A stretch of 64,000 nt of DNA, taken from Vulcanimicrobiota bacterium (GTDB taxonomy: Bacteria; Vulcanimicrobiota; Vulcanimicrobiia; Vulcanimicrobiales; Vulcanimicrobiaceae). Below the pieces are notes generated by a model, which was not told the DNA's origin, did no database searches, and saw only the letters and a program-made list of their open reading frames with translations. Location of the stretch: positions 672,001 through 736,000 of the forward strand of contig CAVRQT010000003.1 in the NCBI GenBank assembly GCA_963723515.1, read 5' to 3'. Shown one piece after another: positions 53,206 through 63,711 of the stretch; the first letter of the stretch is position 1, and each line of letters opens with the position of its first letter. The position numbers and the translations under genes are program-made.

Positions 53206-53656
53206 GCAAAGCGATTTCGCGTTTCTCGTTGACCTCGAGCTGAATTTTTGTGAGGTTGGCGATCGTTTTGTCCGCTGGCGAATGCGCCTTGCCGGTGTGA
53301 CTGATCGCGATCACGCCCATGCCGGCCGCTCGTGCGGCTCGGATGCCCGATGAACTGTCCTCAACCACTAAACAGTGCTGGGCAGGGACGTCGAGCAGTT
53401 CAGCGGCGCGTAAGTACCCGTCCGGGCTCGGTTTCATTCGCGACACATCGTCAGCGCTGACCAGAACTGGTGGTGCGGGCAGGCGAGCGCGCCGTAAGAG
53501 CCGATCCGCCAGCGAGCGGCTGCACGACGTGACGATCGCCCATCGCGCCGGCAACAATCGTTCAACGAATTGCTGCGCGCCGCCGAGCGGAGCGCCGTGG
53601 CCGTCGACCAGCGTTCCGAAGAGATCGCACAATATCGCGTCGTAGCGCTCGCGCAT
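53189..53656 (-). CDS. HAD-IA phosphatase
   Basis: [21 protein letters not shown]. Confidence 0.85.
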   Translation of the reverse strand: MRERYDAILCDLFGTLVDGHGAPLGGAQQFVERLLPARWAIVTSCSRSLADRLLRRARLPAPPVLVSADDVSRMKPSPDGYLRAAELLDVPAQHCLVVEDSSSGIRAARAAGMGVIAISHTGKAHSPADKTIANLTKIQLEVNEKREIALLTVGE

Positions 53657-53698
53657 CGTGCCAAAAGAGTTGTTCTGAAGTGCGCATAACCTTGCCGC

Positions 53699-54961
53699 AT
53701 GGATAACGAAGCACTCGGCATCCTCGTCGGTGGAGGTCCGGCGCCGGGAATCAACGCGGTGATCGCCGCGGCGACGATTGAAGCCGCGCGAAACGGGTTA
53801 CGCACGGTGGGAATTCTCGACGGCTACCAACATCTCGTACGCGGCGACGCCTCTCAGGTCGTGGAACTAAACCCTGAAGGCGTCGCGCGCATTCAGACGA
53901 CCGGCGGATCGATCCTGCGAACTTCGCGCACGAATCCCGCCAAAGACGAACGATCACTAAAGAATTGCGTTGATGTGCTCGAGCGTTTGGGCGTGCGGTA
54001 CTTGCTCGCAATCGGCGGCGACGATACGACCTTCGGCGCCTCAAAGATTGCGGGATCGACTGGCAATCGAGTTGGCGTCGTTACGGTTCCGAAGACGATC
54101 GACAACGATCTTCCGCTTCCGGATGACGCGCCGACCTTCGGTTTCGAGACGGCGCGTGCCGTCGGGAGCGCCGTTGTTGCGAGCCTCGTCGAAGACGCGC
54201 GCACCGCCCAGCGCTGGTATCTGGTCGTGAGCATGGGAAGAAAGTCCGGCTCGCTTGCGGTTGGCATGTGTTCGTCAGCCGGTGCCGTACTGGCGGTGAT
54301 TTCGGAAGAGTTCGGGGCGGCAGAACTGGAGCTCGAACCCGTCGTCGATACGATCGTCGCGGCGATAATCAAGCGCAAGGCGACCGGGTACAACCATGGC
54401 GTGGCTGTCGTCGCCGAGGGCATCGCTGAACATCTGTCGCCTGGGGCGCTCTCAGGTTTGGCCGGCGTGACGCGCGATGCGTACGGAAACGTCCGCCTCG
54501 CTGATGTGCCGCTCGGAACGGTGTTGCGCGATGCGGTGCGCAAGCGTTGCTCCGAGCTCGGCATTTCGACGACGGTCCTTACGAAGGACGTCGGCTACGA
54601 GTTGCGCTGTGCGCACCCGATTCCATTTGATGTCGAGTACGCACGAGCGCTCGGTTACGGTGCAATGCGTTACTTGCTCGCGGGAGGCTCCGGTGCGTTG
54701 ATCGCGCTCGCGCACGGCGATGCGGTGCCCTTACAACTGGAGGACATCGTCGATCCTAAGACGGGACGCATTCGCGTGCGCGCCGTGAACGTTTCGAGTC
54801 CCGCGTATCAAGTCGCGCGCCGATACATGGTCCACCTAAGCGAGGAAGATCTGCGCGAACCCCAGTTATCACGTTTGGCCGCTCAGACGAACCTGGCGCC
54901 GGCGCAATTCCGCGATACGTTCGCAACGCTGGTCGCTGGCGGGGCCGTTGCAGCGAGATGA
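53699..54961 (+). CDS. pfp: Phosphofructokinase, probably PPi-dependent
   Basis: GGGPAPGIN, GGDD (Asp form) and PKTIDND, MGR, GYELRC. Confidence 0.88.
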   Translation: MDNEALGILVGGGPAPGINAVIAAATIEAARNGLRTVGILDGYQHLVRGDASQVVELNPEGVARIQTTGGSILRTSRTNPAKDERSLKNCVDVLERLGVRYLLAIGGDDTTFGASKIAGSTGNRVGVVTVPKTIDNDLPLPDDAPTFGFETARAVGSAVVASLVEDARTAQRWYLVVSMGRKSGSLAVGMCSSAGAVLAVISEEFGAAELELEPVVDTIVAAIIKRKATGYNHGVAVVAEGIAEHLSPGALSGLAGVTRDAYGNVRLADVPLGTVLRDAVRKRCSELGISTTVLTKDVGYELRCAHPIPFDVEYARALGYGAMRYLLAGGSGALIALAHGDAVPLQLEDIVDPKTGRIRVRAVNVSSPAYQVARRYMVHLSEEDLREPQLSRLAAQTNLAPAQFRDTFATLVAGGAVAAR

Positions 54962-56096
54962 TCGCTTGAAAGTGATTGGCGCATTCGCCGTGCTCGCCGT
55001 TGCGGCGGCCTCGCTGAACGCCGCGAGCGCCGCGCTGCACGTTCCAGCGGGATTTCAGGTTCAGAGAATCGCTTCGGTCACGGGGGCGCGCGAACTTTCA
55101 GCCGCACCGAACGGCGATCTTTTCGTGGGAACGAATGGCAACGACGTCTACATCATTCCGCAAGCGGATAGTAATCGAGCGGGCGCGCCGCGCGTCTTCG
55201 TGCATCTGAACGACGCCCCGGCCGCCGGGGTCGCGCTGGCCGGAGCTTGGCTCTTCATCGGAAGTCAATTCGGCGTGTGGCGACTACCGTATCACAGCGG
55301 TCAATTGCACGCCGCTCAAGCGCCGCAGAAGATTGCCTCGCTTCGAACGAGTGGCGTTTCGCGGGACCACGTAACGACGACCGTCGCGTTTACCAGCGGC
55401 AGGTTGTACGCGAGCGTCGGCTCATCATGCAACGTTTGCGACCCGGACCTGGACGCGACGCGCGCCACGATTCAACAGATGGATCCGGATGGAAAACGCT
55501 TAGCGCCGCGCGCGGTCCACATTCGTAATGCGATTGCGCTTGCGGTGAATCCGCAAACAGGGACGCTTTGGGCCGGTGTCGCGGGGCAAGATGAATTGGC
55601 GCAAGGCCATCCATACGAGATCTTCGATCCAGTCACGCTGCATCCAGGCGTCGCAGATTACGGCTGGCCGTACTGTTATGAAAACCACCGTTCGACGGGC
55701 ACCGGTCACAATTGTTCGAATGTCGTCGAGCCGCGCGTGATCTTTCCGGCTTACGACACGCCGATTGGGGCGGTTTTCTATCCCGCGAATCCGCATGGAC
55801 AGCATATTTTTCCGCGCAAATATTTCGGGGGCGCCTTTGTCACGATGCACGGCTCGTGGCACCAGCCGCCCGTACCGCCGCGCGTGACGTTCGTTCCGAT
55901 GCTGAGTGATACGCCGAGAAGGCCGGCGGATTGGAGCAATCCGAACACGCAGTGGAGCGAATTTGTGGGCGGTTTTCAAAGCGCGTCCGGAGAGCGCAGC
56001 GGGCGGCCAACCGGCATCGCTGTCGGCCCTCAGGGCGATCTCTTCATCGCGGACGACGTCAGCGATGCGATTTATCGCGTTCGTCCGAGCAAATAA
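54948..56096 (+). CDS. Secreted PQQ-dependent sugar/sorbosone dehydrogenase-like beta-propeller
   Basis: Signal peptide, SVGSSCNVC, IRNAIAL, YGWPYC, HGSW, GRPTGIAVGPQGDLFIADD. Confidence 0.82.
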   Translation: MQRDDRLKVIGAFAVLAVAAASLNAASAALHVPAGFQVQRIASVTGARELSAAPNGDLFVGTNGNDVYIIPQADSNRAGAPRVFVHLNDAPAAGVALAGAWLFIGSQFGVWRLPYHSGQLHAAQAPQKIASLRTSGVSRDHVTTTVAFTSGRLYASVGSSCNVCDPDLDATRATIQQMDPDGKRLAPRAVHIRNAIALAVNPQTGTLWAGVAGQDELAQGHPYEIFDPVTLHPGVADYGWPYCYENHRSTGTGHNCSNVVEPRVIFPAYDTPIGAVFYPANPHGQHIFPRKYFGGAFVTMHGSWHQPPVPPRVTFVPMLSDTPRRPADWSNPNTQWSEFVGGFQSASGERSGRPTGIAVGPQGDLFIADDVSDAIYRVRPSK

Positions 56097-56437
56097 TGCC
56101 GACCGATTTTCGCGACGGTAAGACATTTCCGCGACGCGGGCGCGAACCGGTACACGGTTTTCTATGGCTTGCGCGCGTGATCGATAAAGCGCGGGCCTCC
56201 GCCGCGGGGACGATTCACGATTACATCTATCCCTGTCCGATGGATCGCGGTGTCTTCGAGCGATGGGGCATTCGAGGCGAAGATTTTGAAGCGGCGCTTC
56301 GCGCGCACGATAACGACGACGACATTGCGCAATGGCTGAGCGGTCGCGTTTCGCACAAGCAAAAAGAAGCGGCGAACCGCTGGCTCTTAGACCAGCGGCA
56401 GTCTAACCTCGATGCGCAGGATCGCGAGGAGGCTTAG
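56096..56437 (+). CDS. DUF5069-like small protein
   Basis: WLARVIDKARA, DYIYPCPMD; TAATG coupling to the upstream gene. Confidence 0.7.
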   Translation: MPTDFRDGKTFPRRGREPVHGFLWLARVIDKARASAAGTIHDYIYPCPMDRGVFERWGIRGEDFEAALRAHDNDDDIAQWLSGRVSHKQKEAANRWLLDQRQSNLDAQDREEA

Positions 56438-57155
56438 CGGTCTAAGAGCGCGCGCATGGAGCGCAATTCGAGGGCATCGAAGGATTGCACGAATGCATGT
56501 CCCGGCGCCGGTTTGGTTCCATCTTGAGCGCGAACGATTTGCACGGTTCGCAACCCCGCATCACGCGCCGCATTTAATTCGGCCGCCGTATCGGAAAGAA
56601 AGAGAATGTGCTTCGCGGGCACGCCGATCTGCTCGGCGATCTGCCCGTATGACGACGGTTCGGTTTTCCCCCAACCGACGTATCGAAGTAGCCATCGAAG
56701 AGGTTAGCGAGATTGCCCGCGACACTATGGGTGAAGAACAGGCGCTGCGCGTCAATCGAGCCCGAAGAATAGACGTAGATCGCAATTCCGGAGGATCGCC
56801 AGACTCGTAAGGCGTCAGCGGCGTCGTCGTAGAGATGGGCGCGCAATGTGCCTTCTTCGTAACCGCGTGCCCAGATTAAGCCTTGGAGCCCTTTGAGTGA
56901 CGTCGCCTTACGGTCTTCATCGATCCATTGACGCAGCGTTTGGACAAGCGCGTCTTCATCGCGCGGGTTGATTCCAGCGGATTGCGACGCGTCGTTCAGC
57001 GCGGTTTCCACGACTGGCTCGCCGCGGTGCTCGCGCACGAAGCCGGCCAGCTGCTCGCGCGCATACGGAAAGAGCGTTTCGCGGACAAATGCGATCGAGC
57101 CGACCGTGCCTTCGATGTCCGTCACCGCGGCATCGCAGGCGAATTGAAGGCGCAT
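56434..57155 (-). CDS. mtnC: Enolase-phosphatase E1/acireductone synthase (frameshift near 56665)
   Basis: DIEGT, LFPYAR, DRKATSLKGLQG, YSSGS; ILFLSD...ELNAA in the second frame. Confidence 0.92.
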
Positions 57156-57722
57156 TAGCCGTCGAGGCGGGGATAACGCTGGGCGATCGGATCTCCCGTA
57201 AAATTGGCCACCCAGCCCTCGCGGATTGGTGAACAGACGGATCGCCGTAAACTCCGGAGCCGGCCCCATGTCAAACCAATGCTTCGTCCCCGCCGGAACA
57301 CTGATCAAGTCGCCGCGGACGCAGATCGTCTGGTAGACTTTGCCGTTGGCGCGCAGATAAAATGCGCCTTTTCCTTCAACGAAAAAGCGGACTTCATCTT
57401 CGGAGTGGGCGTGCTCGTTCAGGAATTTTTCGCGCATCGGTCCAGTGTCCGGCGCTCCTTTCTTGAGCCGGATAACATCAGCAGCGGCGTAACTTCCCTC
57501 GCGTTGCAGGCGCTCGACTTGTGGAGCGTACGCGTTCAAGATATCTTCTTGCGACGCATCTGCGTCAAGGGAAACATCTGCGCTCCAAAGCTCGAAGCGT
57601 ACGCCAATTTCTGCCAGGAGGCGCGCAATCTCACTGCTGTCTTGAGTTTCGTGAAGCACTCCACCCGATGGTCCGTCGTCGTAAACGCGGAGGATCGTCG
57701 TTGGGTACGAGGCTACGGTCAT
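57155..57722 (-). CDS. mtnD: Acireductone dioxygenase (frameshift near 57220)
   Basis: FLNEHAHSEDEVRFF, GDLISVPAGTKHWF; the corrected frame ends ...YPRLDG with TAA at 57155-57157. Confidence 0.92.
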
Positions 57723-58321
57723 CGCCCTCTCCATTCTTCGAGCACGCACGCGAGCAAAAAGTCTAACGCTTCAACGTGGCGGCACGCCGCGGCGACGCTT
57801 TCGCCCCACGCGTACAGGCCGTGTCCGGCTATCAGGTAGCCGGGGACCGCCTCTTCGTGAAGCGACCGCTCTATCTCTTCTGCGAGTGCGCGTGTGTCTT
57901 GAGAGTTGGCAAAAATGGGGATCGAGAGCGCGCTATCGTGCGTTGTGAAGCCGGCAAGGGCCTTCTGCATTTCGTAACCATGAACGTCGATCGCTCCGCC
58001 GGAAGAAAATTGACGCGATGCAACGGTTGAGGTAATCGAATGGACGTGCATGATCGCTGCGATCGCGCCGTCGCGTTGGTATCGCGCCGTATGCAGTGGC
58101 GTTTCGGCCGACGCGCCGTCGATAATCGGTTGATCGATATCAACGATGAGGACGTCTTCTTCAGTCAATTTCGTCTTATCCGCTCCGGAGCGCGTAATCG
58201 CAATCCGTTGTTGATCAATACGGCGCGAAAAGTTGCCGCTCGTAGCGGGCACCCATCCGCGCTGCGCCGCGAAGGATGCCATTTCGAGAACGTCGGCGAC
58301 GGCTTGAATGTACTCAGGCAT
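57719..58321 (-). CDS. mtnB: Methylthioribulose-1-phosphate dehydratase
   Basis: GWVPATSGNFS, SAETPLH, HVHS, GHGLYAWG. Confidence 0.93.
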   Translation of the reverse strand: MPEYIQAVADVLEMASFAAQRGWVPATSGNFSRRIDQQRIAITRSGADKTKLTEEDVLIVDIDQPIIDGASAETPLHTARYQRDGAIAAIMHVHSITSTVASRQFSSGGAIDVHGYEMQKALAGFTTHDSALSIPIFANSQDTRALAEEIERSLHEEAVPGYLIAGHGLYAWGESVAAACRHVEALDFLLACVLEEWRGR

Positions 58322-58324
58322 GAT

Positions 58325-59551
58325 TCAGCGCGCTAAAGATGCAGCCCGTTTTTGAAGCGTTGCATGCGCACCAAGCGCGGGCAGCAGCCCAATCAACGAG
58401 AGCGCAGCTAAACCGTACCAGGCAACACGATATCCAAAGTTGTCGATGACGACGCCGAAGATCGGCGCAGAGATCATCGCTGCGACGAAGATCAGCGTCA
58501 GGCCGAATCCCAGCGCGCTGCCGGAATGCTCCTCACCGCCGATTTCCGCCATCGCGATCACCGAAAGACCGACCCATCCTTCCCCCGCAAAACCAAGAAC
58601 GCACGCCGCAAGCGTAGCGGTGAGCACGTTCGGAGAATGTAAGCTGCCGACGCCGATCGCCGCGACGGCGCTGAAGATGCACGTCAGACCCATGGGCAGT
58701 AGCCGGTTGCCGCCGAAAAGGCGATCGCTGATCCAACCCCACGCAAGGCGCCCGATGACCGCTGCAACTTGCGACGCGCCGAACATCACGGCGACGATCA
58801 ATGTGCTGAATCCGGCGGCGCGGGCATACGTTAACGGCAAGAACCCCATCAGCGCAACCTGCACGCAAATTAGCACCACGGAAACGCCAACGACGAGCAA
58901 GAGCGGCTTCTCGAGTCCGATGCGCAGCATGCCCTCGAAGAGGGCGCGCGCCGAAGCGCGTTCTCCGCGCAGTTGTATGGGTTCCCGATAAGCGACTGCG
59001 GCGATCACCGATGTGACAAGACAAACGATGCCGGCCGCAGCGAGCGCTGCGGTGTATCCGTGCGTTGCGGCTAGGGATGGCAAGAGGATGGCGCCAACAA
59101 CGCCGCCCAGCGGGACACCGGTTTGCCGAATTCCCATGGCAGTGCCGCGTGAACGCGGATCGAAAAAGAAGAGAATCGCGTGGCTTCCCGCGGGCGTGAC
59201 CGCCGCATAGCCGACGCCGTAGACGAACAACCACAGCAGCAGCCACCAAAACCGCACTTCGAACGCTGCAACAACTAGCGCGAGCCCCATAACGATGCCG
59301 GCGATCAGAACAACCGTCTTATCACCGAAGCGATCGACGGCGAGCCCAGCCGTTGAAGTGAAGAGCGTCGATCCCAGCATCAGGACCGTTACGATTAAGC
59401 CGAGCTGTGACTTGGGGAGATGAAACGACTCTTCGAAGAACGGAATGAGCGTACCGATCGCAACGAGGACGACCGACGCGCCGAGCATTGCAACGGTGAA
59501 CAGAGCGAGAACGACATCTCGAGGTTCGGTCGGATGCGTGGTCTGTCGCAT
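58325..59551 (-). CDS. MFS transporter
   Basis: About 12 TM segments, GLAVDRFGDK motif A, GWISDR. Confidence 0.92.
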   Translation of the reverse strand: MRQTTHPTEPRDVVLALFTVAMLGASVVLVAIGTLIPFFEESFHLPKSQLGLIVTVLMLGSTLFTSTAGLAVDRFGDKTVVLIAGIVMGLALVVAAFEVRFWWLLLWLFVYGVGYAAVTPAGSHAILFFFDPRSRGTAMGIRQTGVPLGGVVGAILLPSLAATHGYTAALAAAGIVCLVTSVIAAVAYREPIQLRGERASARALFEGMLRIGLEKPLLLVVGVSVVLICVQVALMGFLPLTYARAAGFSTLIVAVMFGASQVAAVIGRLAWGWISDRLFGGNRLLPMGLTCIFSAVAAIGVGSLHSPNVLTATLAACVLGFAGEGWVGLSVIAMAEIGGEEHSGSALGFGLTLIFVAAMISAPIFGVVIDNFGYRVAWYGLAALSLIGLLPALGAHATLQKRAASLAR

Positions 59552-59678
59552 GAAGCGCCCTATTTTGCGTCAGCTGGCGCGAAGTTACTTCTTCAGCCGG
59601 CGCCTCGTTCGCCCGAAGGCCTCTTTCCGGATCGGTCAAACATCCTGCGTTTCACGCATTGTTCGAGGATCAATCCTT

Positions 59679-60314
59679 ATGCGAGATGTGATCGAAATCC
59701 GAAGAATGCCATCGCCGGCGCCGCGCCCGCAAGCGCTCGCTTCAGACGGGGAACATCTTTGGATGGGCAGCATCGAAACGTCGCGGCTGTACAGTATCGA
59801 CCCGGTGCACTGGACAGTCCTTGAAGAGATTGATGCGCCAGGAAAGCCATGGGGGATGACGGTCGTCGGCAATGAGCTACGCGTCATTTGCGGCGAAGGT
59901 GATGACGACGACCGCTACATCCGTCGCTTTATCCCAGGTCACGGGTTCAAATCGGAGAAGGCGGCGTGTCCCGACTACACGGGCTCACAGTTAAGTTTTG
60001 ACGGGTCGCGCTTGTACCTCAGCCAATGGTACAACAAGCGTATTATGCCGTTGAACGGTGATCGTGCCGCTGGGGAGATCTCATTGCGCCATCAAATCTG
60101 CGGCCAAGTCATTGCCAATGGAAAGCACTATGCGTTGACGACCGATGACGAAAATACCAACGATTATTGGATTACGTTGGTCGACCGCCAAGACGGAAAG
60201 CACGAAGACTTGGCTCGCGTTCCCTTCGCCGCGCGAGCATTGGCTTTTGATGGCCGTCAGTTTTGGACGAATCATCGCGAACAGCATGAAATCGTTGCGT
60301 TTCAGTTAGCATAG
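59679..60314 (+). CDS. Beta-propeller protein (glutaminyl cyclase-like repeats)
   Basis: Repeated LASDGEHLW / LSFDGSRLY / LAFDGRQFW motifs. Confidence 0.6.
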   Translation: MRDVIEIRRMPSPAPRPQALASDGEHLWMGSIETSRLYSIDPVHWTVLEEIDAPGKPWGMTVVGNELRVICGEGDDDDRYIRRFIPGHGFKSEKAACPDYTGSQLSFDGSRLYLSQWYNKRIMPLNGDRAAGEISLRHQICGQVIANGKHYALTTDDENTNDYWITLVDRQDGKHEDLARVPFAARALAFDGRQFWTNHREQHEIVAFQLA

Positions 60315-60331
60315 GGCGGAACGGCGCTTGT

Positions 60332-60697
60332 ATGACATTTGCGGAGACGCTGGACCGCCATCTGCGGGCGATTGCGCAGCGCGATGCGACTGAGTTTGCG
60401 GCGACTCTAAGCGTCGATCCGGCACCGCACGTAATAGGCCCGGATGGTTCGATCATTGCAGGCCACGATGCGGTTCTTGCAGCGCACCGGGATTGGTTCT
60501 CATCAATGGAATTCACGTTTGATCCCAACATCATCTGGCAGCGGGAGAGCGGCGATCTTGGAATCGCGCTCGTGCGGGTCCGTTATGCGGAGCCTGAGAA
60601 AGAACCACGCGAATTTTATCTGCTGCTTGCGTTCGCGCGCAACGATGACCGCTGGGGCATGTTCTACGACCAAAACACGCCGATTGGCGCGGCGTAG
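60332..60697 (+). CDS. SnoaL/NTF2-like protein
   Basis: Pattern AIAQRDA..FAA...IGPDG...G.DAV...W; C-terminal WGMFYDQNT. Confidence 0.75.
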   Translation: MTFAETLDRHLRAIAQRDATEFAATLSVDPAPHVIGPDGSIIAGHDAVLAAHRDWFSSMEFTFDPNIIWQRESGDLGIALVRVRYAEPEKEPREFYLLLAFARNDDRWGMFYDQNTPIGAA

Positions 60698-60720
60698 CTC
60701 GCCGAGCCTAGAAGTGGTTG

Positions 60721-61143
60721 TTACTGTTTGCGCTTAGGTCGTTTGGTTGTCTTGACGCGCGACTCGTTGAGCGCCGCAGCGGCGCGAATAAGCGCCTTTA
60801 AGGCCTTCGCGTTGATCTTCTCGCCCTCGTGAAAATCGATCGCGCGCCTGACATTGCCGTCCAGACTGGAATTAAAGAGGCCTGACGGGTCTTCAAGCGT
60901 CGCGCCCTTTGCAAACGTCGTTTTCACATGGTCTTTGTACGTTTCGCCGGTGCAAATTATTCCGTCATGCGACCACACCGGAACGCCTCTCCACTTCCAT
61001 TCCTCGATTACATCGGGATCGGCTTGCTTGATCAACATGCGAATCTGCGCCAGCAACTTTCCCCGCCAGTCGCCGAGCTCTTTGATTCGTTCGTCTATCA
61101 ACCGAGATGGAGATTTTTCTTTTTGGGAGCCGCTTTTTCGCAT
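60721..61143 (-). CDS. DUF1801 (YdhG-like) protein
   Basis: DWRGKLL..IR, EEWKWRGVPVW, FAKGATLEDPSGLFN, RRAIDF. Confidence 0.88.
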   Translation of the reverse strand: MRKSGSQKEKSPSRLIDERIKELGDWRGKLLAQIRMLIKQADPDVIEEWKWRGVPVWSHDGIICTGETYKDHVKTTFAKGATLEDPSGLFNSSLDGNVRRAIDFHEGEKINAKALKALIRAAAALNESRVKTTKRPKRKQ

Positions 61144-61180
61144 TGTCTGATCCTGCTTTCGGTGGATATGCTTGATCTCG

Positions 61181-62122
61181 TTAGCGCCAGTCATCGATGA
61201 CGTAAACGCCGGGCCGACTGAAGCCTTCCTTATTCGGCTTGTGCATCGCGACGCCCAACATCCCGATCCGAAAGCCGCGACGCAACACCATGCTGTAAGC
61301 CTCCTGCCGAGCGAGCATTGACGCCAAACGTTAATCCTCCAGCGTTACGGCTAACGGCAAACGACTCGCATGCATCGAGAAGTTGTTCGAAATGTCTCGC
61401 ACCATCGTTGCTCGGGCGAACGCATGCGAACTTCACGTAGACAACATCGCTCCCCGCTTCACTTCCGGGACCATTGTGGCAAACGGCAAACCACAGCACG
61501 CCGCCGTCATCGGTTCCGATCAAGGTATCGCCGAGGGACTGTCCCTGCACCGCTGTAATCTCGCGTGAAAGGTCCAGGCCGTCGTACACTTGATTCGACG
61601 TTTCGCGGCATCCGCTCAATCGCTGCGCTCGTTCCGTTGCGTTCAGCTTTGAGAAAAGCTCGAAATTCGGAATCGTTTTCGGCGCTGCAGGTTGTTTTTC
61701 AAGTAGCGCGGTCAAAAAGCGCGGCCAGAAGCCGAATTTCTGATAAAGCGCTTGATGTTTCGGGCTGTCGCTGAACGTGAAGAGGCCATAAAGGGAGCAC
61801 TGCCACTGTTCAAAGCGTGCCATGGTGGGCTGGAGCAAACGCTGGGCGATGCCTTTGTCCCAAAGAGCGGGCTCGACTGTCAGCGGTCCAAAGAATGCAA
61901 AGCTGCCCCACTTTGTCAGGAAATTCGAACCTACGACGCGCCCGTCCAACTCCGCTACAAAAGCGCAATCCGGGGCTGCGTAGTAGCGCGTACGCGCAAA
62001 ATCGCGATCGCCGAAGGACTCCTTCGGGTCATCGATACCCAGAAACGTGCCAAAGGCCACGGGCAAATCCGTTCGCATTCATCAAGATCTTCTTCGCGCG
62101 CAGCGCGGACTTGGACGTTCAT
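61181..62122 (-). CDS. Tandem GNAT acetyltransferase (frameshifts near 62060 and 61310)
   Basis: MNVQVRAAREEDLDECERI..AFGTF, GPLTVEPALWDKGIA, LYQKFGF; corrected C-terminus ends YVIDDWR. Confidence 0.8.
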
Positions 62123-62180
62123 AGCATGCGTATTCTACGGCAGGCGCCGTCGACAACTTTACGACCTTACGAACCGCGGC

Positions 62181-62227
62181 AAAACAAAAAGCCCGCCGGC
62201 GTATCGCCTTGCGGGCTTCTCTTTGTT
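62181..62227. terminator. Intrinsic terminator of the rRNA operon (possibly bidirectional)
   Basis: AAAACAAAAAGCCCGC...GCGGGCTTCTCTTTG stem flanked by A/T tracts, immediately after 5S. Confidence 0.8.
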
Positions 62228-62230
62228 AAA

Positions 62231-62347
62231 TCTGGCACTGACCTACTCTCGAGGGACCCTGCGGTCCGACTACCATCGGCGCTGGTGGGCTTAACTGCCG
62301 TGTTCGGGATGGGAACGGGTGGGGCCCCACCGCTAAGAGCGCCAGAA
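62231..62347 (-). rRNA. rrf: 5S rRNA
   Basis: Sense strand CCACCCGTTCCCATCCCGAACACGGCAGTTAAG...GATGGTAGT...GAGAGTAGGTCA; complementary ends. Confidence 0.97.
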
Positions 62348-62715
62348 AACGGATCCCTCCGTCACGTCGAGCCGGAGCTCAAGACTGTGACGAAGGAAAG
62401 CTGCATACAGAAGAACTTTCAGTGCCAACGACACGAAGCGTTAAGTCAAATAAGTGTCCGGGCGATTAGTACCGGTTAGCTGCACACCTTGCGGTGCTTC
62501 CACCTCCGGCCTATCAACGTGGTAGTCTCCCACGACCCTTCACTCTTACGAGATCGAAGTCTCATCTTGAAGCCAGTTTCGCGCTTATATGCTTTCAGCG
62601 CTTATCTGATCCGAACATAGCTACCCGGCTATGCTCCTGGCGGAACAACCGGTTCACCAGCGGTTCGTTCGACCCGGTCCTCTCGTACTAGGGTCGACTC
62701 TCCTCAAACTTCTAA

Positions 62716-62764
<49 letters not shown>

Positions 62765-62772
62765 ATCGCGTA

Positions 62773-62809
<37 letters not shown>

Positions 62810-62833
62810 ACTACAGCCCCAGGATGCGACGAT

Positions 62834-62868
<35 letters not shown>

Positions 62869-62869
62869 G

Positions 62870-63168
62870 CAATCTGCAATCGCTTGCAGCCTAGACTATA
62901 TCTTCATCTCTTTCAAGAGCGTTGCGTCTTATGAACGCGATAGATTTTCGTGGCGCTTCAACAGCGTGACACGAACGCACGTTCATCCAGCACTTTCGCG
63001 CTGAGTCGTTACAGGGAAAAATCGCGTAGCATGCTTCGCAATGCGAAGTTTAGCCCGACAATAACGCCGGCGATTTTTCTTCCCTCGGTGTTGCCTGCTA
63101 TAAGAGGAATTTCACCGATATGAGCAACGAGTTTGCCATCCGATCGCTCGGATGGAGAGCCCGAGTGG
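62870..63168 (-). ncRNA. Group I intron (299 nt, no homing endonuclease) inserted after 23S U2473 (E. coli numbering)
   Basis: Exon ...CCCAAGAGU|intron...GAUUG|CCACAUCGAC; IGS GCUCU pairs with AGAGU via a U.G pair; P AUAUCGGUGAAA, Q AACACCGAG, R GUAACGACU, S AAGAUAUAGUC. Confidence 0.92.
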
Positions 63169-63343
63169 ACTCTTGGGGGAGATAAGCCTGTTATCCCCAG
63201 AGTAGCTTTTATCCGATAAGCGACGGCCCTTCCATTCGGTACCGCCGGATCACTTAGCCCTGCTTTCGCACCTGCTCGACCTGTCCGTCTCGCAGTCAAG
63301 CTCCCTTTTGCCTATACACTCTAACGAACGGTTTCTGACCGTC

Positions 63344-63413
<70 letters not shown>

Positions 63414-63669
63414 CATGTCCTACCGCCAGATAATGGCGGCTAGTTAGAATCCAGAAATTTTCAGGGTGGTATCCCAAGGTTGGCTCCGCGCGAGCTAGCG
63501 CCCGCGCCTCATCGCCTCCCACCTATCCTGTACAGAAAACTTCCGAACCCAAGATCAGGGTACAGTAAAGCTTCATGGGGTCTTTCCGTCCTGCCGCGGG
63601 TAACCAGCATCTTCACTGGTACTGCAATTTCGCCGGGATCCCCATCGAGACAGCGCCCAAGTCGTTACT

Positions 63670-63711
<42 letters not shown>

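Noticed and set aside
56574..57749. Apparent MtnD-MtnC fusion ORF (391 aa)
   Set aside because: An indel near 57220 joins the frames; correcting it gives an mtnD stop overlapping the mtnC start (TAATG at 57153-57157)
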